The notes below the pieces were generated by a model that worked only from the letters and a program-made list of their open reading frames with translations, did no database searches and was not told where the DNA came from. Shown here one piece after another: positions 12,651 to 25,585 of a DNA stretch of 64,000 bases (positions are counted from its first letter, which is position 1; each line of letters starts with the position of its first letter). Source of the stretch: Chrysemys picta bellii. Lineage: Eukaryota. A program made the position numbers and the translations under genes. The stretch lies in NCBI RefSeq assembly GCF_011386835.1, contig NC_088797.1, positions 109,058,001 through 109,122,000 on the forward strand, written 5' to 3'.

Positions 12651-14662
12651 AATGCCTAACTTTTTTTCTCTGTCTACTGTGCCTTTCCACACTCATCATT
12701 GCTCTTGCCTAGAATTCAGACTGTCAATCTCAAATTCCTTATTATGTCATATTGATAGTCTCTTATTGCAAGGCTTTTAAAAATAATGAAAAGTATCAGC
12801 TGTTTCAGTGTGGCATCATGATGTGTTTCTTTGTTCCTTCCTTCATGTTATAACAAAATATTAAACGGCTTTACCATAAAAATCATTGCACCTAAAGTAT
12901 GTGGTCTATTTGCTCTGGTCAAATGGTGCTGACACAACAGAGGTACAGAAAAATGAGTCATGCTGCACCAGAACAGATGAATGCTTGAATGAACACTGCA
13001 GAGAAATACCAGTTAATATAGACACTGAAATCATGTCTATTCAAATTGCTCAAATAAGTATGTGGACATCTTTACAGAACAATGGGCCATGCTGCCCAAG
13101 TATAAGATTGCTAATTGTGTTTCCCCTTTATTTGTCAAGTTTTATTTGGAGAAGAGGGCTTCCTTTCATTGAAAGAATCTCTGTGGATGGCAGACACAAC
13201 ACTTATCCATCGGGAAATTAGTAAATACTGAGAGCACTCAGGCGTTCCTAACTCTTGCATTTGCAAGGAAAAGCCGTTCTCACAACTGTTCTGTTTTCTT
13301 GGTGGCTCGTGGATGGGAGGTGCTATGTTATGCAGTCCTTTGCCTTTGCTGGCTGCTGTGCACCAGTTTCTACTCTCTTATATCTGTTTAGCTCTGCAGA
13401 GCTAGGAGACAGTGTGCTATATTCTAGTCTTTCTGGTAAATCATTGACAGGATTTTTTTCTAAACAACAGACAGTGACATCTGAGTAAATCTGATGATGG
13501 CACAAGTGTCACTGAGACCCTAAACTGCAGAACTCTTATTCCTGGTAATGGTGCATGAGAAAGAGGGGAAAAACAGCTTGTCTTTGAAAGACCAGGATGG
13601 CGATGCAGGGCTGGCAGTTAGAAAACTATATCTGTTTATTTGTTAGTCAAGCTCATTTGATCTGGAAATCACCGGGAACAATTAATCCCATGATGCCTCT
13701 TTTTACAGGATAGAACCACATCTTAAAACATAGTATTTCCATGGTAGCCTCTCAACCCTAGTCTAGCAGTGATCACAGATACACACTTCGTTCTCTAATA
13801 TTTAGATCAGACTTGCCCGTGAATGTATTAAGGGTGCATTGCTTTATATACTTTGGAGTGTAAGTTTCTTGGGGACTTACTCTGTCTCTTTACCTCTGTT
13901 TTGTACAGCACTAAACTCATGGTCAGCAATCACTAAATAATAGTAATAGAGACTGTATCTCTCTCTATCCAGCTACCTGGCTTCCAGGTCTGGTTTCTCA
14001 GATCACAGGCTCTGCTTGCATTGGCATCATGACATGATTACAATGGGACGCAAATGTCCTGTTACAATTCCAAGCTGAATCTGAACTGGGAGACTTGAAT
14101 TAAATGGATTTTAGTGGGCTGGGATTTCTAGCTGATTTGAACTGTTTAAATGAACCCTTGAGTAGTCATGTGAAAATAGAAATATTCACTCATTCATAGG
14201 TTTGATACACAGCAAATGCTATTGCTTATCAGGAAAAATGGAATTTCACAGCAACAATGACATTCAATCCCTGATCAAAATCAGGAATTGTAATGAATTT
14301 GCCTTCAGTGCGATATTCACTCTTCAATATTAAATAACAAATTTAATAAGTTCGTTGTTTTTGTGGGTACAGACTAACACAGCTACCCCTCTGATACTTG
14401 GCAATATTAAATAATTTTTGTAAAGATTAAATGTTGTCATTCCCACAGATCTAACAGCCTCCAGAAATGATACTTTTTGGCTTGTGGCAACTGCTTTTAA
14501 TTTTGGTGATAAGTTTCCAGCAGCAGCCTTCATTCTATCTTCTGATCATCATCCACTTGCCAGATAAGTGACTCACAGAGAAGCAGTTCAACACCCAACA
14601 ATATGCCACACCCCATGCATTCATCTTCTAAAGACATACCCATTCTAAGATGAGTACTCCCA

Positions 14663-14949
14663 GGGTACATCTACACTACAGGGGGGGAGTCGATTTAAGA
14701 TACGCAAATTCAGCTACGTGAATAGCGTAGCTGAATTCGACGTATCGCAGCCGACTTACCCCGTTGTGAGGACGGCGGCAAAATCGACTTCTGCGGCTTT
14801 CTGTCGGCGGCGCTTACTACCACCTCCGCTGGTGGAGTAAGAGCGCCGATTCGGGGATCTATTGTCGCGTCCCAACGGGACACGATAAATCGATCCCCGA
14901 GAGGTCGATTTCTACCCGACGATTCAGGCGGGTAGTATAGACCTAGCCC
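14663..14949. mobile_element. Young CpG-rich PIF/Harbinger-type MITE
   Basis: GGGTACATCTACACTAC / GTAGTATAGACCTAGCCC TIRs; CpGs retained. Confidence 0.85.
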
Positions 14950-17331
14950 CAGAGTGAGCATCTTCAACAGACTGTTCCTCATGCCTGCTTGGGAAGATAG
15001 TATTCATGAGCCTGTAAATGACCACACCACTACCCCAAATCCCTTTTCCCAATTTTGTAACTCTAAATCAGGTGGCTTGATTCCCTTCCAAATTTCCAAA
15101 AATTGATCCTGAGTCTATGTATGAGGATTTTTTTGTTTCCTACATATCCATAGTACAAGAATTCCAAAAGGCTTTCTGATGCAAACATTCAGTTTCAGCG
15201 GAAGACTCCTACCACTGGTATTCTAACCATTTCACCCAGTTTTGTTTTTATTTGAAGTTAAGTAGTCATATTCCAAAGACTTTTCTTTTTTATTGAAAGT
15301 GCAACATTGCTAAGTGCAGGCTGTTTTCATTTTTACTGGAAAGGATTTTTCTAAATATCAGCCTTGGATTTGCAAATTTTCAGTAACTTGTGCTCTCAGC
15401 AACACATTGGTATTAAAATTGGATTTGGGCAATGGGTATTCCCTGAGCTACTTTATGTTCAGTATAATGACTTTAGCTAGAACTTAAGCATTCGTCATCC
15501 TTCCACTCTCCCCATTTATAGTCAGAATCAGCTGCACATTTTGGGTCTAATCCTGCAACCTTTATTCAAGCTGAACCTTTGAAAATGGGAGCAGAACCAC
15601 GGATTTGAATGCCATAATATTTCTTAGTAATTACTACTCTGGGTAAGACTTGTAGAATTGGGTCCTTGGTAAACAGAGATAATATCTTTAATCTTGTTAT
15701 AATAATCCTGTTAAAATTGGGGATGGACGACCCTTGGGTCTGTGTTCTCCTCTTGATGCATTTATGTACCTCTTGTTAATTGGAGGACTTGTATACTATG
15801 TGCTCATTCCATGAAAATGACCCCAATTCCCTTTTTAAAATACCCTTCCTTCAATGGAATATTTCTTTGGTTGTTATACTGGTAGTTTAAAATAGCATTT
15901 GAATGGTCACCATTAAGCCCGGAAGGTAACATTTACTGGAAATGAGGGATTGCAGTTCACCCAGCTGCTGCCAATGACTGGGAAATATTTTCTGCATGGT
16001 TGGGTTCATATGGTACCAGGACATTCTCTTACATCGAGAAGGCTGCTACCTTCCCAACAAAAAGGGCTAAAGGTTTCATATAAAAAATTAATCTATTGGA
16101 TTACATTCCAGTGTCTCCATTCTGGAATTGACTGATGATTTTTCAAGTTAATAAGCTAACTTTAAAAATAGAACCTATTTAAAGATCATTTTTTATACAC
16201 AGTCCAGTGTGTCTGTTCTGCAAAAATTGAATTTTCTGCCATAGAGATTTCTGAATCTCAGATATACTTGTCTGGAATGCTTGAGCCAGCATTCCTCAGC
16301 AGGTGAGCACCAGGTATATACACCAAGCAAGCTCTGTCCAAAATATTGGACCTGAAGGTTCCTGTGTTTGTCTTTTTCTCCCTTTATTCCCTAAACCTAA
16401 TCTGTCAACCACAAAAGCCTGCTGCCTGGTCCTTTAAACTACAAATGAAAACAACATTGCTTGGGCAGGCATGAATCCAGCCAAATTCTCAGCTAGTGTA
16501 AACTGGAATCACGCCACTGATTTCAGTGGAGACATTCTAATTTACGTGAGCTGAGAATCAATGTTTAGCGTGCATAGGACCACTCCGTCCCACAAGTGGT
16601 GGCTTCATAATCTTCAGAACAGCGGCTCCTGGGCAAGATTTGGACACCTTTCCTCACATTGAATTATTTTGTAGATAGTCCTATTGAATCCGGAATATGG
16701 ACCCATTTGAGTCTATAAAATACTCCTGTCAGGGGCTTAAAGCTCAAGCTCATCCAGTAGTTCTAACAAGGCTTTCTTGGTTGTGTAGAAAACCTATGAA
16801 AGAGGGAGGAAATATTGCTCCATCTGGTTGTCATGTCTGGGTAAGAGAAATAATGCTTTCTCCATCTCTTTTAGCCACCTAATTTACTTATAGTTCTGGT
16901 TAAGGTGATTTGTGCAAGCTGCCTGGCCTCCTCAGCCAACCTGCCCCGCTAACATAAGCAAACAAGCTCCTGCTTCTTGTACACGCTTTTCTTAGTCAGA
17001 CCGTGAATGGAGAATTATCCGCTTGTGCTTAGATGTTGCCTGGCACATGTCAAAATCAACTGACCTACTCATTCCAGATTGATGTAGGAGGACTGTAGAA
17101 TCTATGCCCTTTTTCTGGGAAAATTAGTGAATATATCGGATAGCAGGGTCTAGTTTGTGAAGAGAGACTATCAAGGGAGTAGAATGTAAATGATTGTCAG
17201 ATGCAGTGATGAAAGATCTGTGGTGATAGAATGGGAGAATGGCATTCAAAGCCTCCAGAGCTAATATGCCTTCCCATTCCTTATGTAAAGACAATCATAC
17301 AGTGTAAATAGTGCATTATACATAGTGGATA

Positions 17332-17676
17332 TTCATAGATTCATAGATTCTAGGACTGGAAGGGACCTCGAGAGGTCATAGAGTCCAGTCCCCTGCCCTC
17401 CTGGCAGGAACAAATACTGTCTAGACCATCCCTGATAGACTTTTATCTAACCTACTCTTAAATATCTCCAGAGATGGAGATTCCACAACCTCCCTAGGCA
17501 ATTTATTCCAGTGTTTAACCACCCTGACCGTTAGGAACTTTTTCCTAATGTCCAACCTAGACCTCCCTTGCTGCAGTTTAAGCCCATTGCTTCTTGTTCT
17601 ATCCTTAGAGGCTAAGGTGAACAAGTTTTCTCCCTCCTCCTTATGACACCCTTTTAGATACCTGAAAACTGCTATC
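17332..17676 (-). mobile_element. CR1 3' end fragment
   Basis: (tcatagat)n terminal repeat; ORF 17421-17693 FRYLKGCHKEEGENLF..RTRSNGLKL. Confidence 0.92.
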
Positions 17677-18039
17677 AGGATGTTATCAAGCAACAGTTGC
17701 AGTTAATGGTTTGTGAACAGTCCCTAAGGTAAAATGCGTTCACACAAATCCTTCATTGAATAAGGAAGTCTAGCATCACTGTCTATGATAGATATTTCTG
17801 GTTGGCCAGAAGCACAAGTTTGGAGTTACGCCTGGCACCTGTTCTTGGGCACAAAGGCAGGGTGAAGGCTCCTACCACTTTCCCCAGCCCCCTCCCTCCC
17901 CCCCCCCAGAAACACACAGGGTTAGGTACAATCTAGCCCATAGAGCATACAATGGCATATTAGTACTATTATTTTATCTTACTTTGAGTTACTTTTCACT
18001 TGTGAATTTTCACTTGTCTTCATTGTAAGAGTGAAATGC

Positions 18040-18520
18040 TCTAACTTCCCCCCTCCACTACTGCTGTTGACAACACCACAATCCTCCTGTCACTCAGGCC
18101 TCAGAGTTATTTTCACTTCTTCCATAGAGGCCAAATCCAAATTCTGCCCCTTCTTCATCTTCAACATCTCCAAGATCCATTCCTTCCATCTCCACCACCA
18201 AGAATTACAATCAGATTCTCATTATATCATACCTGGACTACTGCAACATCCTCCTCTCTGGCTTTCCAAACACACACATGGTGCCCCTTCAATCCATACA
18301 AAATGTGGCTGCTAAAGATGTCGTTGTTGCCCATCGATTTGATTGCCTCTCTCACGTTTTCAGATCCCTGCACTGGCTCCTCATGCACTATCACATCAAA
18401 TGTAAGCTTCTTGTCACCCCCTTCAAAGCTTTATCTACCTCTGCCTCGCCCTTCAGGTTGGGCTTTGCATTGCCCACACCCTCTCCACTCCACCCATTTT
18501 CCTCAATTAGTCTCCTTGTT
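18040..18520 (+). mobile_element. L2 LINE ORF2 C-terminal relic
   Basis: Decayed LDYCN..LQSIQN.AA..SLHWL..IK.KLLV..FKAL motifs. Confidence 0.78.
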
Positions 18521-19670
18521 TGTCAGCCTCTTCCCTGCTCCCATAGTGTTTCCATAGCAAGAGCTAAAGCAGATAGCACTGAGGACTAAGACTATGTGGA
18601 GAAAGGTTGGCACCGCACTTCAGCACCAGCTCATCTGCAGTTGACTCACTTACCTGTCTTCTCTCTCTGGAAATAAAAATGGCACCTACTCCTCCTTAGA
18701 GATGACCTGTGCCTGTCGATGTTGGGGAGGGGATGGCAGAGTGAAGGCAGCTGGCTTCAACAGTGTTCCTGAGCATGCTCAGTAAAAGCCAAGCAGCAAA
18801 TCTGGGGTGGCATGTGACCCCGTATGCTCCCACCCCACATTGCCTGCTAGATGAAGCATTTTTAAGATTTTCTACTTGGTGTACGGAGATAGACAGTCTG
18901 CCTCTGCTCCTATTTCTGCATTCAGACAAGGAACAATGGTAGGGGCACTCTTGTGGGACATGGACATCAGAATTAACTTAGTAATAATATTTTATATTTA
19001 AATAACACATTCCATGGCAAAGGCTCACAGAGCATTTCCCAAGTTGCTTATACAAAGCACCAATAAAATGTAAACACCTCTTAGTGGATGGTGGAAATCA
19101 ACAAACAGGAAGACTAAATTTCCAGACAAGAAAACTGAGGCAACTTTTTATTTATTTATTTTTTATTTTTTTGCAAAAATTACCGAGGGATCTTTAAGGT
19201 CCCTGAAGAAAGAACAGAACATTGGTATCTAATACCTCATCTCAGCAATCCACAGAGTAAACTACATGAAACTCAATGAATCTATTTCCTAAGCCTGTAG
19301 AACAGAGTGGTTCTAGGAAGTCTTGATATTTCTACCCTCAAGCTTAGACCACTCTATAGAAAAAAATGAGAAAAAATGTCAAATAAACAAGAAATGCTGT
19401 TAGGAAATAATCCTAAATTATGACCTTTTTATCATAAGGAAACAACAGCTGTAGTTAAAGATGCAATGAGGAAGTTGGTTAGAAGGGGGGAGGAGGGGAG
19501 AAACAGATCCAAATTCCACTGAATGGTTCCATGGGATATCAGAAGGCAAAAAATTGACCCAAACTCTTGAAAATATAAGAAGTTGTATACAAGACCAGAT
19601 GGGAGGGAGCAGATATTAAAAGGAATGAGTAAGTGTAATACTAAAATAACTATTAAATGCTAGCACTTAC

Positions 19671-19877
19671 CTCCATGGGTCATTGAATGTCTATCAGACA
19701 ACCATAGAAACAAAATTGTCAAACATTGGAAGGCAAATTGCACAACAATAGCCAACTCAAAATATGGAGACAGCCAACTTAGAGTGGGCTTCAAAGTGTA
19801 AGTGTTAGAATAAGTCAGTAGAGAGACAATAACAATCCTGATATAATAAGCCTTGCTTCTTCGGGAATTTTTTTCCC
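19671..19877 (-). CDS. Candidate internal coding exon (207 nt, phase 1-1) of an unidentified multi-pass membrane protein
   Basis: Acceptor cttctttactttgttag|, donor CATGGAG|gtaagtg; one open frame GEKNSRRSKAYYIRIVIVSLLTYSNTYTLKPTLSWLSPYFELAIVVQFAFQCLTILFLWLSDRHSMTHG, other two frames closed. Confidence 0.55.
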
Positions 19878-21949
19878 CTAACAAAGTAAAGAAGCATTAA
19901 CTAAGATAATACATTTCCTACATAACTTTGACATGTGGTATAGAAAAGATGTTCATTTATCTCTTTTTGAGGTGCAGTAATTAATCCTGCCTAATGAATA
20001 GATTTAAAATTAGCCAAAGCTATTTGTAAAGCTGTTTTTTTTCCCTTCCCCAGAACTCATAATATACAATTTACTTTGACAAGAACGGGTGGGCGATGCA
20101 CAAAAAGGCTGCTGTACTAGTGAACTGCTCTTTTGGCTTTATTAGTAACGTACTTGGCTGTGAGTGCTAGAAACCCAGGTTCTAGCCACACCTCTGACTT
20201 CTCACAGTGAATTAATGTGTTCATTTGCATGAGAGCCTGTTTATATAATGTAGTGTGTGGCAACCTCTACTTATGTATTTATGCTCTGCCACTAACAAAA
20301 TAGCAACATAAATTCAATTAATTACAGTTATCCACACTGTCTATAACCAAGAGAGGCCATTTTCCAGTGGGTTCAATTAGTTGTTCCAAATAAAAAGGGA
20401 ATAGAACTAATTTATGATTCTAGAGCAACTGAAATCATAACATTATAGAAAACTGTACTGCTGATAAGAATGTCAGGTTTTGATTTTGCTTAATGAACAT
20501 TATCTTATTTTAAGGGACAAGTACTGTGTAAAATTCAAGCATGAAGGCCCTTTGCTAGGAACAAAGATGCTGATCTCCGGTGTAAACTCAACTTCGGAGT
20601 TTCTTCCCCTCAGTCTTCCTCTTTCTGTTCCCAAAAAGGTAGCAGGTGGTGAGGGTATTTAAGATTTTTCAGTAGAGAACAAAAGACATTCAGAAATAAA
20701 AAAATACTCAGTTCAGAAATATTAGGAATTGCTGTCCCCTGCATTAGATTTTGTACATCATGTTTTTTCCTATGAGAGTCACTAGAGAAAGCTTATGTAA
20801 AATGATTAATTTTGTCTCACCTTTTTAAAACCAAAACAGCATCCCAAAATATTTGACACATCAGGAATTCCCCCCTTTAATGTCATTCAGGACTAAAATC
20901 CAAAAGGCCAAAAGCTTTATTAGACACAAGACAATGCTTGCAGTGGTTACAAGAAGTGTCACAATCTGTGTCCCTGTCACCAGCGGACTATAGGAAGTAG
21001 CTGCCTTTTACAAAAGGGAGGAAAAGGAAAGCTAAACGTAATTTATATCTTTTTTGCCTTCTGAATTAAATCTCATCTCCCATCTTTCCTAGCAGTACAT
21101 GGTTGAATTATTGCTGTCCTTTTATTTTAAGTGCAAGATGAGTTCCAGGGCTCATACAACATTCATTTCTGATTTCATCCGAGATCAGCCTGCTACCTAT
21201 TCTCCCAAAAGCCAGATACACATTAAAAAAAGCACAGAGGAATAAAATAAAGACATTGATCAAACTGAAGCTTTATTGGCTTTAATCCAGGTGTTCTTTA
21301 AGTAATTAACAATAATAATAATTTCTCTCTGTTGCCAAATTAATTAGTAATGATGGGCCATGTTTATAATGTCATTATAAAAGGCTGTGAAACTACATTG
21401 ATAGCAAGAATTACCATTATTGCAATGGTATCAAATGAGCATGTCTATCACAAATTATATTAGCTCATGAAAGACTTGATTATTTATCTGTCCTGGAGTC
21501 CTTATACAGGTGAAGGGTAATTAGAAACTTTTACAAAGTTATTTAAAAGTGACTAAAATGCATGCTCCCTGTCAGGACATTTTAAATACTTTTACTGATA
21601 GTTTTTCTTTAGAATACACAAAGAAACAATGTAAGTAAGCACTTTGGAGATGCACAGTAGTTTATACTGATTTAAAAAATAAATAAGTAGACACCCCTAT
21701 CCATGTGGCCCATGCCAGTGGTTTGGTGCAGGTCAAAGAGGCATGGCCTTGGAAAAGGTGGGTGTGTTGTGTCAACTGACCAGCCCCTCACAGGCTGAAC
21801 TGCAAAAGTATCAGAAAACTAAATCTTTCCATATTTGTGCTGAACTTCTACCAGCAACATGGCAGAATGAACCAGTTTGCAGAAGGGTCAGCCTTGCCTT
21901 GCAGCTGATGAGGATGCAAGATTTTAGGAGAAGAGAGGTTCATGACTGC

Positions 21950-22137
21950 TGGGGCAGTCCCAGGAGTGCCGCCAGCTTTTCCGCTGCCTTAGGCGGCAGA
22001 AGGTCTGGTCCTGAAATGCCGCCCCCCGCAGAGGCAGCAAAAGGTCCCGCCGTGGAAATACCGCCACGGTTGCCACCCCCCAAATCGCAGTGCCCTAGGC
22101 GACCGCCTAGGTTGCCTAATGGGTTGCGCCGGCCCTG
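21950..22137. mobile_element. hAT MITE 3' half
   Basis: Ends GCGCCGGCCCTG (reverse complement of CAGGGCCGGC-type TIR); GC/CpG rich. Confidence 0.75.
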
Positions 22138-23081
22138 GGCAGTCCAGTGAAAGCTCAACAGTAGCTATGGAAGTTAGCAGTAGATGAGGAAGCTAGAAGG
22201 GTGAAGGACAAGAGAGCCAGAGGTAGACTCAGCAGGAAAAGGACAAGGCCTCCTACCCTTCATGAGTTTGTCTGAGTGGGATAGGAGGATTATCTCTGCC
22301 ACAAAGCCCTTTGCCTTTGAGGTTCTAACTCTGACCCAGGCAGGACAGACGAGGAGGGGAGGGCCTTTGGATATTCTCTTCCTGTCCCCTCTGGATCTGT
22401 ACATTTGGAAGGTCTGATGCTTGCAGGCCAGAATGCAGGTGCAATATATTGTGCCTGTTATTGTGGAAGTTTCTGCCACAATTTCTCTCCTCAACAAAAA
22501 TTTGGTCCTTTGTTTTTAGGATGGAAAAACTTCCCCATGTTTCTATGTTGCCTTGTGCTACAAAGATGAAACAAATGAACAAACGGTCCTTTCAATAAGG
22601 AGTGTGGAGCCTTCACTCCATAGGTCAGCAGCAGTATGAAAGTGTTTGAGTCCTGACTTCTTATAGTGTGGGCAGAGAGGGGAGCTGCCCCCAGAGTGCT
22701 TTTTTCTAAGGACAGAGGAAATCCCATCCTAAGTCCTTGCTGCCAGTCCATCTCTCAGTGGAAGGGAGGAATGCGAGTTCAGAGTGGGAGAACTATCTTG
22801 CCCACATGGAGACAGGTGGCTGTTTACTACTGGAGGGAGTAGGCCCAAACACAGCCTGAGCCTGGGACTTGGGGATTGGTACAAGTAGCAGGCTGGTGCC
22901 ATCGACCATATCCAGACTGGAAGGAACAGCCTAGCCACAGAACAGGAGTCCTGACCAGCACATTGACCCTGGGATCAGACACCATGCAAAGCAACACATG
23001 AGGATTCACTCTCCAAGCTCACACAACATCCAAGCTCCTGTGACCAGCACAGGAGGCAGAAGATTCCCTGTTTGGGACAAA

Positions 23082-23397
23082 GGGTACATTTACACTGACC
23101 AAAAAAACCCTGCAGCAGTGAGTCTCAGAGCCTGGGTCAACTGATCTGGGTAGCAGGGCTTGTGCTGTTGGGCTAAAAATAGTGGTGTTGATGTTCCTGC
23201 TCAGGGTGGAGCCTGGGCTCTGAGACCCACCCCCTTCACTGGGTTTCAGAGTCCAGGCTCCTGTGTGAGTGAGAATGACTGCAGTGCTGTTTTTAGACCC
23301 CTGGCATGAGCCTCGTGAGCCTGAGTTAATTGTCTCAGGCTCTGGGACTCGCTGCCATGTTTTGTTTTGTGGGTTTTTTTGCCATGTAGATATACCT
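23082..23397. mobile_element. PIF/Harbinger-type MITE
   Basis: GGGTACATTTACAC / ATGTAGATATACCT TIRs, palindromic interior. Confidence 0.8.
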
Positions 23398-23826
23398 TTA
23401 GAGTCTAAGGGGTGGACTGAAAGTGTGGGGTTAGAGAGCATTCCTCTGGATAGCTAGATGTTGGGGACTCCGTACATTGTGCCATCACTGCGGGTGGAGG
23501 TATGAGTGAATGGTCCCTGTTACCACTCAAGGGTTCTCTTTGCTCAGATAAAGATATTGTTTTATGGATGAGTGCATCATTTGTTTCTGGGGTTAACTCC
23601 TGTCTTCTCAAAGGAGTTGTAGGAGGGAACCGGCAGGTTGAGGCCTAGTGAGAGGCAAGCATGGTTCTCATTACTCTAATCCATTTTATAAACCTGGACT
23701 GCCCACACCATAGTAATTTTTTTTTAAAAGTTATCCTTGTGCTTTGTTGTGGGAAGAAACACAGTGAAGATTCTTTTAATATGCTGATAAGCCATGAAGA
23801 GTGATGGTTTTGGTGTTTTTAACAGA

Positions 23827-24175
23827 AGGTACGTCTACACTGTAATGCCATGGCTTGCCCAGGTCAGCTGACTTGAGATCTCTGGGCTTGGGCTGCAGGG
23901 CTATAAAATTGCAGTGTAGGGACTCAGGCTGGAGCCCAGGCTTTGAGACCTTGGTGGTGGGAAGCTCAAGCCCCATTTAGATGACCTGGTATCTGAAACT
24001 TGGTGCTGCAGGTTTTTTATTACACTGTAGTAGGGTGACCAGACAGCAAGTGTGAAAAATCGGGACGGGGTGGGGTTTGGGAGGTAATAGGAGCCTATAT
24101 AAGAAAAAGCCCCAAATATTGGGACTGTCCCTATAAAATCGGGATATCTGGTCACCCTACACTGTAGACATACTT
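23827..24175. mobile_element. PIF/Harbinger-type MITE hosting a hAT MITE
   Basis: AGGTACGTCTACACTG / CTGTAGACATACTT termini. Confidence 0.8.
24031..24159. mobile_element. hAT MITE (129 bp)
   Basis: TIR TAGGGTGACCAGA / TCTGGTCACCCTA; perfect 8-bp TSD CACTGTAG (24023-24030, 24160-24167). Confidence 0.95.
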
Positions 24176-24920
24176 TAAATGATAGGCAGATTTCCTACAG
24201 TTTTAATGAACATGTAAGGGTCTGATCCAAACCCCACGGAAGTTAATATATTAAATGGCAAAGCAGTTTCCCCTAAAAAATACAGTTTAATGGACAACAT
24301 TGGCATCAATGGGTTTTGGATCAAGCCAAAAATCCTACTAATCATGACCTAATAATTACAATGCTGATTTCATTAACTCTACAATTTTGTGGTGTTTCTC
24401 ATGAATGGAAGTATCATTAGAGGCGCACTATTTATGCATTTGGTCATCTTCCTGCAGTGTGGAAGTACAGTATTGACAACCAACTATTTCCCTCCATGGA
24501 TACAGAAGAAATTTGTGTTGGGAAAACAAGTGAACTTTTTTTTCCCCAGTACATGAAAAATGCATTAAGATTAAAGGTTAGTACCACATTAATTTTATTT
24601 CCATAATAACTGTATATTTTTGTGATATTGAGCTTTTCATACCAAAGAACCCCAAACTGCTATACAAACAATATATGTACAACACTGTTAAATTGCAGCT
24701 AGATCTCGAATGGAGACCACCAGTCAGCTAATGTACATGAAAGGAAAGTTGTTTTGTTTTTGTTTGTATTTTTCCCCAAGGAGAAAAAGGTTTCTCTTAT
24801 GAGAAGTACCATGAAATCTTCAATGTTAGTGCACACAGACCTTGGATTTTTTAGAACTCACAAGATGCTGAAGCCTGTCTAAAACACTCCCCCCTCCGCA
24901 CACACACTGTAAGCCTCTTT

Positions 24921-25180
24921 GGGTATGTCCACACTGCATCTAGAAAGCAAGCCTCCCAGCCTGGCTCCACAGACTCGTGCTAGTGGGGTTTGAGCTGGCA
25001 TGCTAAAAATACCTGTGTAGATATTGTGGCTCAGGCTTTTAAGTCTAAGGGAGAGATGGGCTTGAGAGCCCAAGCTGCAACATCTACACAGCCATTTTTA
25101 GTGTGCTTGTGTGAGCCCCACTAACAAATCTGTGGACCCACCTTGGAAGGCTTACTCCCACATACAATGTAGACATAGCT
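24921..25180. mobile_element. PIF/Harbinger-type MITE
   Basis: GGGTATGTCCACACTG / ATGTAGACATAGCT termini; related to 7141-7438. Confidence 0.75.
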
Positions 25181-25316
25181 ATGGTGTCATTTTGTCTGTG
25201 TCTGAAGTGTGGAGGGTAAGTCAATCTTGCTGGGTTTTAAACCTGTCATTGTGAGGAGTTTCAGACACTTTAAATCTGAACTTAGGACTCCTCAGCAATA
25301 GGATCTGCGAGGATTT

Positions 25317-25585
25317 AACATAAGAAAGGCCGTACCAGGTCAGACCAAAGGTCCATCTAGCCCAGTATCCTGTCTACCGACAGTGGCCAATGCCAGGTGC
25401 CCCAGAGGGAGTGGACCTAACAGGCAATGATCAAGTGATCTCTCTCCTGCCATCCATCTCCATCCTCTGACAAACAGAGGCTAGGGACACCATTCCTTAC
25501 CTGTCCTGGCTAATAGCCATTAATGGACTTAACCACCATGAATTTATCCAGTTCTCTTTTAAACGCTGTTATAGTCCTAGCCTTT
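25317..25585 (-). mobile_element. 5'-truncated CR1 3' end
   Basis: Nearly identical to 8209-8478. Confidence 0.92.

Noticed and set aside
13323-13490. Terminal coding exon (IYSDVTVCCLEKNP...KDCIT*)
   Set aside because: Weak acceptor, phase incompatible with the 19671 exon or the microexon, and no recognised homology
19671-19877. Naming the exon as a CD47-like or secretin/adhesion GPCR segment
   Set aside because: Only scattered residues (FEL..FQ, terminal HG) agree; spacing and exon boundaries do not
20820-21005. Minus-strand TM-coding exon (AATSYSPLVTG...)
   Set aside because: In-frame stops occur before the donor in all frames
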